From: Ramazzottius varieornatus
Lineage: Eukaryota > Animalia > Tardigrada
Assembly: GCA_001949185.1 (NCBI GenBank)
Contig: BDGG01000003.1
Coordinates: 2,421,663-2,485,662, forward strand
Direction: 5' to 3'
DNA length: 64,000 bases
The notes under the pieces were generated by a model, which was not told the DNA's origin, did not search any database, and saw nothing but the letters and a program-made list of their open reading frames with translations. The position numbers were made by a program, and so were the translations under genes. Shown here piece after piece: positions 47,453-60,066 of the stretch; positions within the stretch are counted from its first letter, which is position 1; each line of letters opens with the position of its first letter.

Positions 47453-50400
47453 ATGGGGCGCAACGACGGGGAAAACGGCCAAATGGATGGGAATGGGTCT
47501 ATTCGAAGCAATCAGTTTCTGGTCGTCTATGAAGAAGAGGAAGAACCCGTAGAGCGATGCGGTATTGGCTTTTGCAAGCCTGACTACCTTCAGCGTTTCC
47601 GTAACATGAAAATGTAACTGGTGGATTTTCTACGCTGTATTTCTGGACAGAACATCGATGGAAGTTTGGTTTTGCAGGTTCCTTGTTGTTTTCATCTTGG
47701 CTGGAATCTCTCAAGGTACGCAATAAGCATTCGGGATCTGCTGAGGTCGCTTTACCTCATTGTAGACTGATGTCGTCCAGCTTTACTTCTTTTGCAGGGA
47801 TGTTCTACACCTACTGGAACACGTAAGCCAGACTTTGCTCAGACTCATGCATTCCGCGGTTCCTTCAAACGTTCCCATATCTTTTCCAATATACCTTGAA
47901 ATTTCCTAGGAGTTTATCGTCGATAGAAAAGCGCTTTCAGATACCCAGCCAAACAACTGGCATCATATCTGCCATCAATGACGTTAGCCACATTGCTGTG
48001 GTTTTATTCGTGGCGCACTTTTGCGGTCGAGGTAAGTCGCTTGCGTGAAAGACTTTGAAGTGTTTCCCATGCAGATATGTTGATATTTGGACATAGGACA
48101 TCGTCCAAGATGGCTCGCTATCGGTCTATTCATTACCGGTCTGGCTATCCTAACCTTTTCGACGCCCGAACTGATTGCTCCGAAGTGGGAAGCCGAAAGC
48201 AGCACCGTGGCTACCAAGAACCAGAGCAGCTTTGAAAAGGATATCTGCTTGTCTGCTGCGCAAGCTGAACAGATTGCCGCGCAATGTCGTGTTGACGCTC
48301 CCAAACAGCTCAACAAGAACTTTTGGGCGTTCTTCCTCTTGGGCGTGGCTCAGCTTCTCCTGGGCGTGGGTACAACAGCTCCCATCGTGCTTGCCATGCC
48401 GTACATTGACGGTGGGTAGTCAGGAGACTGCGAACTCGCACTCTGGTTGGTAACACAATAAAGCGTTTTGATTTTAGACAACGTGAAGACGAAGAATACT
48501 CCAATTTACTTCTGTAAGAAATTTAATTCAGTTGCAAAAGCCCACGCGCGTATACACTCAAATAATTATGTTTTGTTTGAAGCTCTTGGGTTTACTGGAA
48601 GATTGGTTGGACCAATGGCTGGGGTCATGCTCGGGTCTTACTGTTTGTCCACCTATGTCGATCTGAAACGTAAGATAGGCCCCACGTGAGACTGGTCTTT
48701 GCCCAGGGTTGCAATCGTTGTGCTGGTTTCTGTTTCGTTTAGAGGCGCCAAACATCTCTCAGACGGATCCGCGCTGGATGGGCGCGTGGTACCTCGGGTT
48801 CCTGGTCATTGGTTGTATCACATGCATGGTCTCATCTCTTTACCTGGTAAACTCCACAAGAGCTCCTCACTGACTTTTGAACCAGTGCGACATCCCTATC
48901 TCTAACTTGATGTTTCAGTTCTTTCCTAAGCACATGATACCGCAAAAGCCGGCTGGTAGAATCGCAAAGTCCGTCAAGAAGGACATGAATGGTGCGAAAA
49001 CCACCCATGTCGTGACGCAAAAGCTGAACGTCAAGGACAAGAAGACCGCAAGCTTGAAGGAACAATTCGCTGGTAGAATTTCTTTCCCGTGGTTAATAAT
49101 ATTTCATCTCAGATGAATGTTTATTCTGTAGGTATTCCTCGCGATCTAAAACGGCTATTCGTCAATAAAATTTTTTTGGCTCGGACGGCGAACGACTGTA
49201 TCGACATGTTGGTGGTTTCCGGTACGAGCAGAAAATAACGGAGTTGTCAATGTAGTTGTCATCAGAGTTGTCATCAACAAAAACAGCGCGTACTCTTTCT
49301 GTGCAGCGCGTAATCTCTCTGTTTGAAATTACGGCAACTTCGCCATGCGATTTTACATTGACAACTCCGCTGTTTTCTCCTCGTAGGCAAGACCCTTTCT
49401 CACTAGCTTCTGCGACGATTGTATAAATTCTTTGTTCCTCATGCAGGTTATTTCAGCTTTGCTCCAAAGTACTTGGAGTACCACTTTCGCATGTCTCCCG
49501 CACAGGCCGGAAGATGGAACGGACTCGCGTCCATTATGGCCATTGCAGGTCTTTGTTGTTATACTATGACTTTCCGAGTTTAACTTCTACTTACTGTTAA
49601 TTAAAACTCCCCAAAACTGCCCACTTTTAATTACTTCCGGCGCCAAACTTAAGAGTGAAACGTTTGCTTAATTAAAAGTCCGCGGTTTTCCGAATTAAAT
49701 TTAATTTTAATTCCCGGACCATTTTCGAAAATTTTAGTTCATGCAAGCGGCTGGTCTTTGGCCGACATCGTTCCACCTAGTCTGCATACAGCAAACCATG
49801 CAAAGCCCTGAGACGAACCTTCAAACAGAAGACAAAAATATCACCATAGAAATTCCAAGCAACAAATCGATAACATTTTGTACGACACATTGCAGAGTTT
49901 GCGTACTGTAGCTACATTGTGCTGTACTGTACTGTACTGTACTGTACTGTACCGTACTGTAGCTGCAGGGCCAGTGGGAGCAAGCGAAACGGTAATCACC
50001 TCTAGGGCACACCATAGACGAACATGCAGACAGTGGGTCTGTTTAAACGGGGTCCGAAACCGACGCACTGCACGTCATGTACAAATTTGCGATAAAGTCA
50101 CGGCTTTGCTAATTAAATATCCGAACTATTTTTCGCTTAGTAAAATTGCTTTACTGAATAAAAATACAGTGCTCCGTTCTTTCACTTCTTTATTTTACTA
50201 CAGCCTGCTGGTTCGACTTCAAATTACTTTAAATTAGTTAGTAAAAGTCAGACTGGGGAACCGCTAATTCAAATTAGCATAGTTAAAGTCGAAAAAGCCG
50301 GTTTTGACAATGTGACAATCGCTTCTTCTGCAACCGAACAGCGTTTGTGCACGAGACTGCTGGCCATGCACTGCGCAGCACGATTAGCTGATCGACGTCT

Positions 50401-52234
50401 GGTTGTCTTTTGACTTGCTCAAGTAATCAAGCGCATGTCTGATCAGCTGATCGGTCTCATGCGAACAGCATGGCGAGCAAATCCGTGCACGCATCAACCG
50501 TCCGGAACTGATTTCGGCCGTTTGAACTGTCGCATCTCACAGGTAGGACTGTAGTTCTACCTTTAATTTTACTAATTAAAACAACACTGTCGACGCAGGT
50601 GGCGCCATGGTCGGAGGGTTAATCATCCGGAAGCTCAAGTTCGGACCAAAGCAGGTGGCGCTGATGATCTGCATCTCCTCGCTGATGATATCGCTCTGCT
50701 ATTTCTTCCTCATGATAGTATCCTGTCCAGCTCGAAACATGTACAGTGAGCTCGGGCCAGACAGGTAAGATTGTGGTCTATAGTCTTTGTAATTAATCTA
50801 CTCGGTTTCAACCGGTCCAATCTCTAGCATGTTGTCAGTCGACACGCCCTGTACCAATGGCTGCAACTGCGCAGGAAGGCCTTTCTCCCCTGTTTGTGAT
50901 GAATCCACAGGGATCAGCTACTATTCACCGTGTCATGCGGGCTGTCCGGTAGTCCTGGACGTCAAGAACAAAGTGATTCCTCCACTTGCTGCTTCAACAG
51001 CACACACACTGTGTCTCACTTCCGGTGAAATGACTAATTTTAGCTGTTTCGCAGACTAAATATTATGCGAACTGCACCTGTTTGGTGGACGGGAACTGGA
51101 AGTTTTCGGATCCGATCTATATGCCGCCGGCTAACTTCAAAGCAAATACCTTCCCACAAGCCTCTGCCGACAACGAACAGCTCCATTTCACCGTTAACAT
51201 CAAGTCGCAGAATCGAACGACTACTGTACGCCGTGGGTTCTGCGAACTGGGCGGATGCGCGGGTTTCTGGACGTACGTCATCATCAGTACCTGCTTTAAG
51301 TTCGTCGGTGCTTTACCCTTTTCTGGCAATCAAATGCTGTCTTTCCGGTAGGAACTCTTTCCCTCTGCCAACTAGCTTAGTTAAAAGAATTCAATGCGGT
51401 CCTGATAAATTTCCGGCATCTTTGCAGTATCGTGGATCCCGATCTCAAGGGTCTATCCAAAGCAGTACGAACATTACTGGCGTCCATGTTCGGTAAGATT
51501 AAAGATGGCTCACCCGGTTATCGAGAGCCAATACTCAGTAGACTATTCAAGTTGAAAGCTAACGTAATATTCATCCAACAATTTTGTGCAATTTTAGAAG
51601 CCGGCTAACAATCGCGGGATGCTCGTTATTTCAAATGGCGCACTTTCTTTTTGTTATTAACTGCAAAGATGCGCCACTTGAAATGGCTGTCACCTCAAAA
51701 TCGTTTACCGGCCTCCTGTTTATTATTAAAAATAATTTTTAACTCCTGGATCTTTTTAGCTTTCATTCCTGGACCCATTATAATGGGCGCCGTCATTGAC
51801 TCGACATGCCGATTATGGAACACTCAAGAGTGTGGGCAAAAGGGGGCCTGTTTGATTTACGATCTGGACAGTTTGCGCGTCAAAATGCACCTTTACGTAG
51901 CCATTGTCAAAACCGTTGCTTGTTTGTCTGATGTATACGTAAGTATCCTCTGAAGTACACACCAGTTGTTTATCTAATAAACAAGCTCCACGTCAATTCT
52001 CCTCAACAGGTCTACTACAAAGTACGCAACATGAAGTTTGAACGGGATCTACCGGAGTCGGAAACCAAGGCAGAAGTCACAAGTGATGTTCGAATGGTCC
52101 CTGGGGTGGCACCACCCGTCATGGCCACCACTCCACGCGAGGAGAATGCCACTGACAACGCGGTCAGGAGGCGCATGTCTGTGCCTCAGCCGGTTACGAC
52201 GGGAAGTGTTCGAGATCTTACGGTCTTTGATTAA
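47453..52234 (+). CDS. Organic anion transporting polypeptide (OATP/SLCO family); multi-exon
   Basis: CGIGFCKPDYLQRF, SSIEKRF, HRPRWLAIG, DPRWMGAWYLGF, Kazal-like CNC..FSPVC...YYSPCHAGC, GPIIMGAVIDSTCRLW..CGQKGACLIYD. Confidence 0.95.
49223..49385. mobile_element. TA-flanked mariner-like MITE at the start of an OATP intron
   Basis: tacgagcagaaaataacggagttgtcaatgta / tacattgacaactccgctgttttctcctcgta. Confidence 0.75.
49904..49961. repeat. (ACTGT)n pentanucleotide repeat in an OATP intron
   Basis: Repeated actgt units. Confidence 0.8.
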
Positions 52235-53174
52235 GCTCAAGAGTTACTGGTATAGCGTTACACCGCGTGTTAAGTTCCACGTCTAAAATCGGCTGATGTT
52301 TTCAACTGCTTGTACAAAAGATCTATATACCTGACGCCTGTCTTCACTTGAAATTTGATATTGTGCACACATGAAGAGCAAATCCCAAAATGATGACGAC
52401 GAACCTTTGTGTCATGGCGCGTTGCTCTAAATAGCTCGGTTTTCCGCTCACTCGCGAACGGTGTGACCGATGGTCAGTAAACGACATGATCAAGAGCTGC
52501 TGCAGCCGAGACAGATTTAAGTCGGTGTTAGGTGAGTAGAGTATGCATTGTGTTATATCGTACATTACATACGCGATTTGTACAATGTGATCATGGCCAT
52601 CTAGCGGAGTTAAAGAGTTACCTCTTCCAAGGAAGTGAGTAGACATTATAGCTCGATGAACATCGTTAATAGTGCGCCAAGGTCAAGACGTAAAAGAAAT
52701 CTTGTTTACCAGAGATTATCACGCTTGGCTCGGTTATCTAACAGGCCCGATACCAGTAAATCAAGGGCAATACTCTATGGATTTTTTCTGTCGTTTCCGG
52801 TGGAAGGTTAACTCGATCGATATGGTATAACTAGTTCCGATCGGGGAGTTCATTTTTGCACGAGCTGATGTTGTTTCTAATTTACTGAAATTTTATCCAG
52901 ACGGCGAACCGAACAGGCTGGTGCTGGATAACGTAAATAATGATGGAGTAATGTACAGATCATAACCTCAGAAAAAAAAGGTTAAAGGCTATATACGGTT
53001 GGCTGTCTTACACGAAGAGAGTTTTTCCGCGCGAGTAAGTTATCCAAGTAAAAATAAGCAAGCATAGCTGTATTTCCAGCCGGCGGAGTGAATGGCAAAA
53101 TATTGTATTGAAAGAGGTAACGAAACGAGACATTTGCTCAGCATGCAATAACATTGTGCCAATGTCCGTTATTG

Positions 53175-53540
53175 TCACTGTTTACGCGGAATTGCTTGCC
53201 CGGCAGGTATCCACATATTTCGAGGTATCTCATTTTCCTCGGTTCTTCTGTACTCGCGAACGGTCTCGTGACAGGCTTCTTGTTTTCCTCCATGGGTCCA
53301 GTAGGGTTCGTGGAGATCGCTGGAGTTGGAGGCAACGGAGGCTGTCCGGCGTCTGAACTCTTCGTCCATCTCGGCCTGCGTCAACTGACGTGGGTGGCCA
53401 TTCGCACCGTCGTGCCATAGGCTCGTGGTGTGTGACGGTACAGAGACACTGTCCTTCCGCAAAGGCATACTCTGGTTCATATCTTCCCGGAACTTACCAT
53501 TGTAGAGCCGTACGTCTCCTTTACTCTGTTGAGCACCCAT
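53175..53540 (-). CDS. Small hydrophilic protein with an N-myristoylation motif; single exon
   Basis: ATG in good context (aagATGg), MGAQQSK consensus, 121-aa charged/polar ORF in an otherwise gene-free region. Confidence 0.6.
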   Translation of the reverse strand: MGAQQSKGDVRLYNGKFREDMNQSMPLRKDSVSVPSHTTSLWHDGANGHPRQLTQAEMDEEFRRRTASVASNSSDLHEPYWTHGGKQEACHETVREYRRTEENEIPRNMWIPAGQAIPRKQ

Positions 53541-55563
53541 CTTAACCACTTGCCAAAATCAGGGTGCAAAGGTCAGAAATTCGATCACATGAGCGCTTTC
53601 CTTTTTCGCGGAATCAGAAGGAAGAACGGAAAAAGAGAGATTACACGGTGTGTAAGTGCATGTGTCGACGGTCGTTAATAAAGGCAATCAAGTGATGCAC
53701 AACAAATGGAAATACCTGCTGTTCGAACACGGTGGGCTTGATGGGGAACGTTCAATCGATAAATATGATCAACCGTACACGTTCGACACTTATCGGCGGC
53801 AGGTACATGCAGCCTTGTGCATTAGCTGGGCGAGGAATAATCGTTAGACGGCTGAAGTTTTACCCATGAGTTGATGCACTGCGTAACAAACATAAGAATT
53901 GATAATCGCTGTGTACGGTGTTGTGCAGAGCATAGGTTTGCCGGTAAAGAAAATATCGTACAATCAGCGACAGCTGATACCGGTATAAGGTCTCCGATTA
54001 ATGTGTCATAGGTAGAGCTATTACGGTACCATCAAGCGTCTTAAGCTGGGCCTTGCTGAGTTCCACGCTTGAACGCTTGGAAGTTTGGCACTTGAGATTT
54101 GACTGTAACTACGGTACATGCATGCATTGTGTGCACAACCGGTACCGGTAGTGAGTGGTACAGACCACAGCGTTGAAGAACATGCAAAGCTTCTTTTCCA
54201 TTCAACGTTATGTAAATAGCCAAGTAGCCTGCATGTAAGTTAAATACAGTCAGCTTCCCTTCTTGTCGTTTGCTATGAGTATGCAATGGCCTAGAGTTAG
54301 TCGGGAGCCTGAAAGTGAGCTCCCGAGACCTGAGGAACCCGAGCGCACACGTGACCATTTGATAGCCTATAAAAAACAAAAACTATACAGACGGAAGCCA
54401 ACGAACCCATGCACACCGCGAATATGAATATTTTGGGTGATCAGGTGTTGACACACTGGTCTGTTCCTGCATCGTCGAAGTACCAGATCTAATTAATTAA
54501 TCTAACTTATTGATTAACCTGGAACAGAGCAATTCAAGATGGAGAACATTCGTATACAACCTGTATTTATACACTACCGACATTATACCAGCCCTCATCG
54601 AGACGGGCAAGGTATCCCGTTCACCGCCAGGTTCACTGCAGGTTCGCCAAGCCTAACGCGGAAATCACTGCTTGGCTCATGTGGTTTTTCCAGTTCCGCT
54701 ATATTGTCTGGCCGGTCTCCGATAGAAAATTTTGAAACGGGTTTGGCCATTTTGTTTGATATCAGTGCTTTTTCGTTGTTTTCGTCAATAGGTCTCCGTC
54801 AATATTAAAGCAGACGAATCTGGAAGCGGTGTCGCCAGAATCTAGCAAAAGAATAAAGAGGTATTCCGTCGCCTCTTTTTCCTTGAATTATAATGGAGAA
54901 ACGAGCCCCCGTTTTGTCTGACGGCAAATATTATATGAAATTGAATAGCGTCGTGGAAAACATGCACATAGTGAATTCGAAGCGGTCCAGAGCCACCCTA
55001 TAAGAGTTCTACAGCGTACCTCCGAAAATAATGAGAACATTATGATGCACTCTACTGAGAAAAAATATGGAAATTGTTAATCAAGTTACATAACCCGAAA
55101 CTTCTGGAAATATGTCATGGACGTCGACCGTGATTGCTCGCGTGGTGCCAGTAAGGTAAATCAATCTTCGGAAAACAAAAGGGCTGTCACAATTGCGGTT
55201 GCTATTAAACAGGTTACGAGCCGTCGAGTCATCCCGTTGCTGATGCCAAACAATCAAGCTGTCTAAAACATTATTCGTCGGTCTTGTTGAAAATCTAACT
55301 CACACCGGGTATTGCGACATTCCCTGGCGCACACTTATGTATTGTTAATACCGGAAAGCTCGTTAAAAGTATCCAGCGGCAATTTTTGCCCTTGTAAGAA
55401 TTGGACGTTCCATGATCTCTGTTACATAACCGCATATGCTGAAATGATTTTTTTCTCATATAAAAAGTCGTGTCAAAGACTGCAGAAAATCACTCCACTC
55501 CCCTTAGCTTTCTCTGCCTTCTTCAGCCCACAAGAACCTGCCGGTACTCCAGCCAACGTTACC

Positions 55564-56370
55564 ATGAAGTGCCTTGTTCTCCTTGCTCTCGTCGGCTTCG
55601 CCGCTGCCCAGACCGGTGGCAACAACAACAACCGCTTCCAAGGCCAGTTCGTCTGGGACCTGTTGAAACCTGCCCTGACTGCCGGGGAAGTGGAGATCCT
55701 CTTGGCTTCTCGTGATGCCAACAACTACCCAACCTACAACGAGATCCCCCAAACCAGCTTTGCTTGCAACGGTCGCGTTGGATTCTATGCTGACGTTGAC
55801 GCCCAATGCCAGGTCTTCCACCGATGCGACATCAACGGAAACATGACTTCTTACCTGTGCGTCAACTCCACCATCTTCAACCAGATCACCCTCATTTGCG
55901 ACGCCTGGTACAACGTTGACTGCGCCAACTCTCCCCAGTACGAGAGCTACGCTAACAGCCGTCTCTACACTGACCTGCCTCTGTTCGAGTAAGTTCCTGG
56001 CAACTTCATCTCCTTAAACTGTAGAAACGAACTGAACGGGACCATAAACTAATGTGATATTTTTTTGTACAGTACTCCCCCCGCTGGCTACTTGACTCCC
56101 GCCCAACGAGCTGCCCAACAAGCCGCTGAAATCCAGGCTGCAGGTGGTCAACAACAAAGCCAGAGCACTGGAGCCCAATCCATTCAGACCAGTGGCCGAA
56201 CTAGCAACATCCGAACCCAGACCGTTGGTCGCGCCAGCGGTATCCGAACCCAGACCAACAATCGAGCCCAAACCGGAGGAGTCCAAGCCGCTGGTCGCAG
56301 CACCCAGTTTGACACCCAGAACGCCGACAACAGCCAACAAGCCGATCAGAGCACCGAAACTCAGCAGTAA
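55564..56370 (+). CDS. Secreted chitin-binding (CBM14/peritrophin-A) protein with a Gln/Thr-rich tail; 2 exons (55564-55988, 56073-56370)
   Basis: MKCLVLLALVGFAAA signal peptide; IPQTSFAC...GFYADVDAQCQVFHRC...SYLCVNSTIFNQITLICD..YNVDC six-Cys motif; strong codon bias; TATAAAA at ~55459. Confidence 0.92.
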
Positions 56371-56706
56371 ATTAGTAATGCTGGTACTCTGAGCTTGCCA
56401 AACGAGTATTTTCCATAGAGTTTAACGTCTTCCCTGCCGTTAACAGTCACTGCCAAATTTTCATCCCATTTTGCCCTAACATCCGTTCTTGCTTTTATCG
56501 TCGAATTCATCCTCTCGGGAACCCCGAACTCAACTGGGGGGCCGTCTCAAATAGAAAAAGGACTCTAAGAACCGCGCGCCTATTCCGCTGCGCACGCCAC
56601 TAACAAACCATGGTCCGAAGGTCTTTTCATAGCCATTACCAAGGTTCTGGAAAAAAGCCCATGAAAAAGATCAGACAAACGTATAGAAGAACACGCCCAT
56701 ATTTGA

Positions 56707-58615
56707 TCATCGCGGCTTCCTCACTTTAAAAATCAGACCTCTCAGTTGTAACCAATCAAATTCGAAAAGTTTCGCTATAGCTAGATGTTTGTGGAGGACC
56801 ACCAGCGTTCTCCAGGATAGATAGGTCTCCAAAAGCTCGTACTTTGTCTTTAACTGCTCCACGAGGACACCGTAGTCTCCCAGCTGGTTTCTCGTAGTCA
56901 GTGGAAGTTCTTCCGCCCAACCTGGCTCCACGCAAGCTTCCTGCCGAATTTCACTTGCTAGAAGGCACGAGTCATGAACACATAATAGATATCGGTGAAG
57001 TTTTGCCGGCAGCAACTTCTTACTCCATTTAAAAGCTGTTCTGCAAAACACGAAACACCTGTTCAATGTCACACCGACTAACGCAAGCCTTTAGGTGTTC
57101 GTTCGGCTCAAGCCTAGTGTGACAAGGCCACGACTTAGTAACATTTACGGCATACCAAATCACTGAATGCCTCCTTAACACTTTCAGCACGATCGTTTTC
57201 ATGTTTGCAGACCGTCCTCTTTGTGTATAAAGGAATTTTATTGGCTGATACCGTGTTGCGGAGGCTGGTCCAACCAATAAGCAATTTTCGAAATTTCAGA
57301 AATCGGATAATCGGCAGGCCATGAACGCCAAATCTCAAAAGGGAGAACTGGTCGTCTTGAATTTCTTCTGACCGCTCTGATGACTAAAAAATTTATCCCA
57401 GGCTCGGCTTCGATAGATAAGACTGTCCCCAGTGCTCCTGTTTTTTTCTAAGCGAATACCGTGCACGTGTCTCGCGCGAAGAGACGAAACACCAAATTTT
57501 ACCAAAACCACCCGAAACCGTAGAAAAAAACTCCAGCGTGCTGGGGTTTTGCTGACCGCTGGTCATTAGTGTTGCTTTGGTGAGAAGACCGAGGTACATG
57601 CAAACAAAAAGACCCAGACCCGAGAGACCAAAAGCTAAAACTGGGAGGTGAATAAAACTGAGGGATTGTATACACAAAGAGGACGGTCGTACGCAGAGTG
57701 TTAGTACTATGTGACTATCCAGTTTTTTTTACGTTATTCCGATATTTCCACTTTCTTTTTCCCGTCAACTCCTCATCAATCTCGATTGTCGCCGTTGAAC
57801 TCGTATGAAGTGGTCATGTCTTACCTCCCGAGGAAAACCCCTTCGAGCAGAACCGTTGCGTTCGGCCTAACCACACGGATCATCTCCTGCAACAAACACC
57901 TCGCTGACTGTCTCCTCCAGTACAGGACAGATTCCAGCATCCACGCATGGTCGAAATGAGAAGTAGGAAAGTCCAAGTCGACATAAGCATCCGTGTAGTG
58001 TATCTGGATGGACGACCACAGAGCAAGAGACGAAATTTTATCATTTCCGATCTGGACCTACGCGAAAATTTTTCCTCAGGCTAAGGTTATCACAACTGTC
58101 TTTTGAACACCGTCTACCTTTTCCAGATCGACGTCCACGCACACCACAGAACATTTGAAGCGTCGGTGAAGAAACAGTGCTTCTTCCGCACAGCCGCATC
58201 CCAGTAGAAGAATCTTTTGGGGCGGGAGTACACCCAATGATGTTCCGAGATTCACCAAAAAGATTTCGCAAGCAAGTCGATTGATTGTGACGTCACTGCG
58301 GACTGGAGACGTCATGGGCGGGTTCGAAGAATCAATCGCTTCTTTCCAGCAACCAATGACGCTCCAGTGTTCTTCGGAAAACAGCAAGAGCCTCGCAATT
58401 CGGATGCTTTCGACATCGACGAGGCGAAATGGAGACTTTGGTAAGTTCCAGACAGTCAAAACGATTTTGTGAATAGTTCTCCATCGTAACACAGTCAAGA
58501 AGAATGTTAGGAACCAGTACAGAAAGGGCGCTCCGGGCGTACTTGACACAAAGGCGTAGAAAACTGAACCCAAGAAAAACAGGATTACCGGGCTATTTAG
58601 CGGTAAGGGAATCAT
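56707..58615 (-). CDS. Class I SAM-dependent methyltransferase-like protein with N-terminal hydrophobic segments; internal exons unresolved
   Basis: KILLLGCGCAEEA (motif I-like), VVCVDVD; the next exon gives LDFPTSHFDHAWMLES and LLQEMIRVVRPNATVLL; a last exon ends at 56707. Confidence 0.6.
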
Positions 58616-58981
58616 GACTTTGATCTCTTCTTCTTGAACCACCTTTCGGCTTCGTAGATCTCAATAAACACCATGACCGACGACCAGTTGAAGTAGGCGT
58701 CCAAGAGAAAATAGTCACTGACCGACACGCTACTTCACTCGAGTCTTCTTCACTTTCACTGTTCAGCCAACACCTAACTAGTTCTATAAAGAGAAGCTGT
58801 CGGTTGCTAATTACAAAATGCACGGATCCGCATCGCAGCGCTTTCTAGATGGTCAAACACGACTTGTGTTGTAGCAGACGGGCTCATCTGGTATCTTCGG
58901 TCCACGCCCATGCGCTTTTGTGTGTGCGACTCTGATGGAAATTTTAGATCTCTTGCCCTTTTTTCCCCGATAAGTATCTCT

Positions 58982-59869
58982 ATGAGGTTGCGTTTCCGTC
59001 GTGAAAAGCTGGCTATGGTACCGATTCTCTTGTTGTCGTGCAGTCTATTTATCCTGGTTGTGCTCGCCTGCTTGAGCGATCAGAGGACGAAAGAACAAGC
59101 CGAAGACGATAGTTCCATCTCTCTTTTGGAAAAGGAAGTTTCTTTCGTAGGCTTATTGCAAAGTTTGGTGGACCTAATTTCTGACCCGCAAAAGGACGCC
59201 TGTGGATCGACAGAGGACGTTGGTGGCAACTGGGACTTTGGCTTTCTGGACGGTGTATGGACCATCTGTCTAGACAATCTGAGATCACCAAAAGCATCCA
59301 AGAACTGCCTCGTGTATTCTTTCGGCATCGGTAACGACTGGTCTTTTGATGACGCCATGCATGACGCCGGTTGTGAAGTGTACTCGTTCGACCCCACCAT
59401 CAACAAACCATCGCATAAGCGGAGCGATCGGCACTGGTTCTACGATTGGGGCCTGGTTACTGATGTCCCTTACATACGAAAAGAGTGGACATTGCTGACC
59501 TTCGAAGAAATTCGGGAGAGATTAGGGCACAAGAAATGGTTCATCGACGTTGTCAAGATGGACGTGGAGGGAGCCGAATGGAGGTTTCTCGATTCATCAA
59601 CCGCCGTTTTTGACAATATTGGGCAGCTGACGCTCGAGATTCATCCGTTCCGGCATATCAAACAAAACCGGACTATCGAAATCGCGGCGGAAAGATTGTC
59701 GTTGTTGAAACGTCTCAGAACCGAACTTGATATGAAGCTCTTTCATGTTCGCAAAAACCCAGCCGCACTGGATCTGGTGGCGCTTTCGAATTTCAGCTGG
59801 TTCACCAACCTTACTCCTGCCGCCTACCAGAAAGAAATACTCTACGAGTTATCTTTCGTCCGTATTTGA
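58982..59869 (+). CDS. METTL24-like (Methyltransf_22/FkbM) type II membrane methyltransferase, intronless
   Basis: N-terminal TM; DGVWTIC, CLVYSFGIGNDWSFD, GCEVYSFDPT, IDVVKMDVEGAEW, QLTLEIH, YELSFV. Confidence 0.9.
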   Translation: MRLRFRREKLAMVPILLLSCSLFILVVLACLSDQRTKEQAEDDSSISLLEKEVSFVGLLQSLVDLISDPQKDACGSTEDVGGNWDFGFLDGVWTICLDNLRSPKASKNCLVYSFGIGNDWSFDDAMHDAGCEVYSFDPTINKPSHKRSDRHWFYDWGLVTDVPYIRKEWTLLTFEEIRERLGHKKWFIDVVKMDVEGAEWRFLDSSTAVFDNIGQLTLEIHPFRHIKQNRTIEIAAERLSLLKRLRTELDMKLFHVRKNPAALDLVALSNFSWFTNLTPAAYQKEILYELSFVRI

Positions 59870-60066
59870 CCGAACATTCTATACTTTCAGACAAAATAAA
59901 TCGCCAGTTCGCAATGAACTTCTGTAATGAATTTATATTGATTGTATGAGGAAGTTATGCGATCGTAAAAGAAGAGCGCAACAGTATAAAGTGCAAAAAT
60001 GTCCTAGGCCATCAGAACTTTGGAATGCGGGAAAACAGCGAGAGCTGCAGTCGCACGGCTTATTAC

